IMG/VR virus record: IMGVR_UViG_3300020582_000009
Span: 1-57,497 of that record
Source: a virus
Taxonomy: Duplodnaviria; Caudoviricetes
Length of the DNA: 57,497 nt
Reading direction: 5' to 3' (one strand)
Part shown: in pieces, positions 56,047 to 57,497 of the stretch
Layout of the letters: each line of letters opens with the position of its first letter
Position numbering within the stretch: position 1 is the stretch's first letter
The notes under the pieces: model-generated
The model's database searches: none
Told to the model about the DNA's origin: nothing
What the model saw: only the letters and a program-made list of their open reading frames with translations
Position numbers and translations under genes: made by a program

Positions 56047-56215
56047 TCATGAATACCGGCTGGGGCCGGCGCGGTTGATCATCCGCGATAATGTCTGGTA
56101 TGATCCGGCATTCGCAATCGAATTACTGGAAAGTGTGAAAAAGAACGATCCAAACTCGCATTACTTGCAGGCTTGGATAGATGCCTTTCAGGAACGCCAG
56201 AAAATACGGCCATAA
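55907..56215 (+). CDS. TM-anchored TPR-like protein in the +1 frame overlapping the ligase 3' end
   Basis: (M)LWRVTLLGAGIGFGSAHFLADRAF...LQRAARLYPYD..YR...A.ELLE...K.DPNS. Confidence 0.6.
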   Translation: MLWRVTLLGAGIGFGSAHFLADRAFTKGANSLTLADLQRAARLYPYDHEYRLGPARLIIRDNVWYDPAFAIELLESVKKNDPNSHYLQAWIDAFQERQKIRP

Positions 56216-56227
56216 CGGAGAAAAACC

Positions 56228-56392
56228 ATGGCAGACGACATCGGCGACATCAAGGAAATCCGCGGCACGTCCATGGCGCTCAACGGCCAGAAAGGCCAAG
56301 GCGCGCAAAAGCCGTCGGCCATGGGCAAAGACGATCCGGGCGGCACCAAGCCACCGGAAGCGCGCGATGAGCACGTTCCGATGCCGAAGTGA
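56228..56392 (+). CDS. 54-aa hydrophilic protein (not in ORF track)
   Basis: RBS GGAG; MADDIGDIKEIRGTSMALNGQKGQGAQKPSAMGKDDPGGTKPPEARDEHVPMPK. Confidence 0.6.
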   Translation: MADDIGDIKEIRGTSMALNGQKGQGAQKPSAMGKDDPGGTKPPEARDEHVPMPK

Positions 56393-56430
56393 TTCGGTTT
56401 TTCTGAATCATGCGCCGACAAAGCCGCACC

Positions 56431-56940
56431 ATGCACAAGGCAATCCTTCGATTGGCGTGCGCGCTTTTCGGCGCATGGGTCTTATCGGCTCAGGCGCAGC
56501 AGCCGACTATCTCCTGCGCCTGGAACACGGGGCACACGAATTACGCCTGTGAGGAATCGCCGGCCGGCGTATCAAGTGCGGCCGAAAGCGGCCACGTCAT
56601 GCGCGCCAAGGCCGGCGTCATGGTCGGCTTTCAGGTCAACAACTGGGACACGTCCGCCGGCAAAACGGTGATGGCGCTCGATGCCAATGCTATTCCAGCC
56701 AATGGAACATTGGCTGTATGTTCCTATACCAATGGTACGCCGAACACCAATCCCTGCATCATGAAATGGTACGGCGTGCCGACCGCGCCATCGTCGTCGC
56801 AGCCGGCGACATTGGGAGCGAACTGGGCGCCGGGTCCCAATCTGCATTTCTATAACGGACTTGTCTTTGTATGCAGTTCGACGGGGCCGACGTCGCTGAC
56901 TCTGAGTTCGCAATGCACGTTTTCGGCGGAGTTGCAGTGA
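56431..56940 (+). CDS. Signal-peptide-bearing decoration-like beta-sandwich protein
   Basis: MHKAILRLACALFGAWVLSAQA|Q; 6 Cys in mature part; abuts the terL start. Confidence 0.78.
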   Translation: MHKAILRLACALFGAWVLSAQAQQPTISCAWNTGHTNYACEESPAGVSSAAESGHVMRAKAGVMVGFQVNNWDTSAGKTVMALDANAIPANGTLAVCSYTNGTPNTNPCIMKWYGVPTAPSSSQPATLGANWAPGPNLHFYNGLVFVCSSTGPTSLTLSSQCTFSAELQ

Positions 56941-57497
56941 GTGACCGATCTGACTGCCGCGCTGGCCCATATCAAGGCCATGGCGCCCGAGGAAAAGGCC
57001 GCTTTTGATCTTCTATTTGCCTCGGAACTCAGCAATATCGCGCTTGCGGCGCGATTTCCGATCGAATGGAAGCCGCGATCCTATCAACAAAAGGTTTGGG
57101 ACTATCTCGAATCCGGTGGCAAGCGAGCCTGTCTGATATGGCATCGCCGATCCGGCAAAGACGACATCGCATTGAACTGGGCCGCCAAGGCGGCGCATCT
57201 GCGGGTCGGCGAATACTGGCATATGCTTCCTGAAGCCTCCCAAGCCCGGAAGGCGATTTGGGACGCCGTCTCTCCGCATACGGGCAAACGTCGCATCAAT
57301 CAGGCTTTTCCGGCTGAGTATATCGACGGAAAAGTTCACGAACAGGATATGAAAATACGCTTCCGCAACGGATCGCTGTGGCGGGTGGTCGGTTCGGACA
57401 ATTACGAAAGCCTGCTTGGTTCGACGCCGGCCGGAATCGTGTATTCGGAATGGGCGCTTGCGGACCCCAATGCGCGGGCTTTCCTGCGGCCGATTCT
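56941..57497 (+). CDS. terL: Terminase large subunit, 5' part (runs off the end and continues at the window start)
   Basis: GTG start; W.PR.YQ, WHRRSGKD Walker A, YWHMLP..SQARKAIWD; in frame with 36..1064 through the overlap. Confidence 0.93.
   Translation, partial: MTDLTAALAHIKAMAPEEKAAFDLLFASELSNIALAARFPIEWKPRSYQQKVWDYLESGGKRACLIWHRRSGKDDIALNWAAKAAHLRVGEYWHMLPEASQARKAIWDAVSPHTGKRRINQAFPAEYIDGKVHEQDMKIRFRNGSLWRVVGSDNYESLLGSTPAGIVYSEWALADPNARAFLRPI
57353..57497 (+). repeat. Terminal overlap, copy 2
   Basis: Matches 4-148 with one mismatch. Confidence 0.95.

Larger units (their letters stand above)
1..57497. mobile_element. Complete circularly permuted phage genome, P22-like podovirus head-tail module, probable alphaproteobacterial host
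   Basis: Terminase, portal, scaffold, coat, head-completion, ejection, fibre, lysis and early genes in phage order; the ends overlap; no tape measure, tube or sheath gene recognised; no host housekeeping genes. Confidence 0.95.

Noticed and set aside
1-57497. tRNA genes or stop-codon reassignment
   Set aside because: No cloverleaf with a T-loop consensus was noticed, and core genes are full length under the standard code with all three stop codons in use.

Overview
The window appears to be the complete, circularly permuted genome (unit length about 57,349 bp) of a tailed dsDNA phage with a P22-like podovirus virion module. Bases 4-148 recur at 57353-57497 inside the terminase large subunit gene, which reads in frame across the join. 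No host flanks, tRNA, CRISPR array, integrase or CI-type repressor were recognised. Gene order: terL, portal, scaffold, antisense GIY-YIG endonuclease, coat, head completion, ejection proteins, tail fibres, lysis, OMP and sponge-like morons, then a leftward array of small early genes (Sak4-like ATPase, methylase, exonuclease), a divergent switch with Cro, a rightward early operon (methylase, replication protein, NusG paralogue), terS, and several inserted genes before terL. The host is probably an alphaproteobacterium (Hyphomicrobiales), inferred from the Omp25/RopB-like porin N-terminus. The most unusual feature is that the whole tail-fibre cluster and three further late fibre/decoration-like proteins carry Sec-type signal peptides and mostly even numbers of cysteines, and that an O-antigen ligase/oligosaccharyltransferase-family membrane enzyme sits between terS and terL. 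This suggests (inference) a periplasmic maturation pathway for virion surface proteins. Also notable: a perfect chromosomal-type parS without parAB, structured RNA candidates on both sides of the coat gene, an Acb2/Tad1-like small protein, and shared junction sequences among early genes. All family assignments come from motif recognition by eye; no database search was run.
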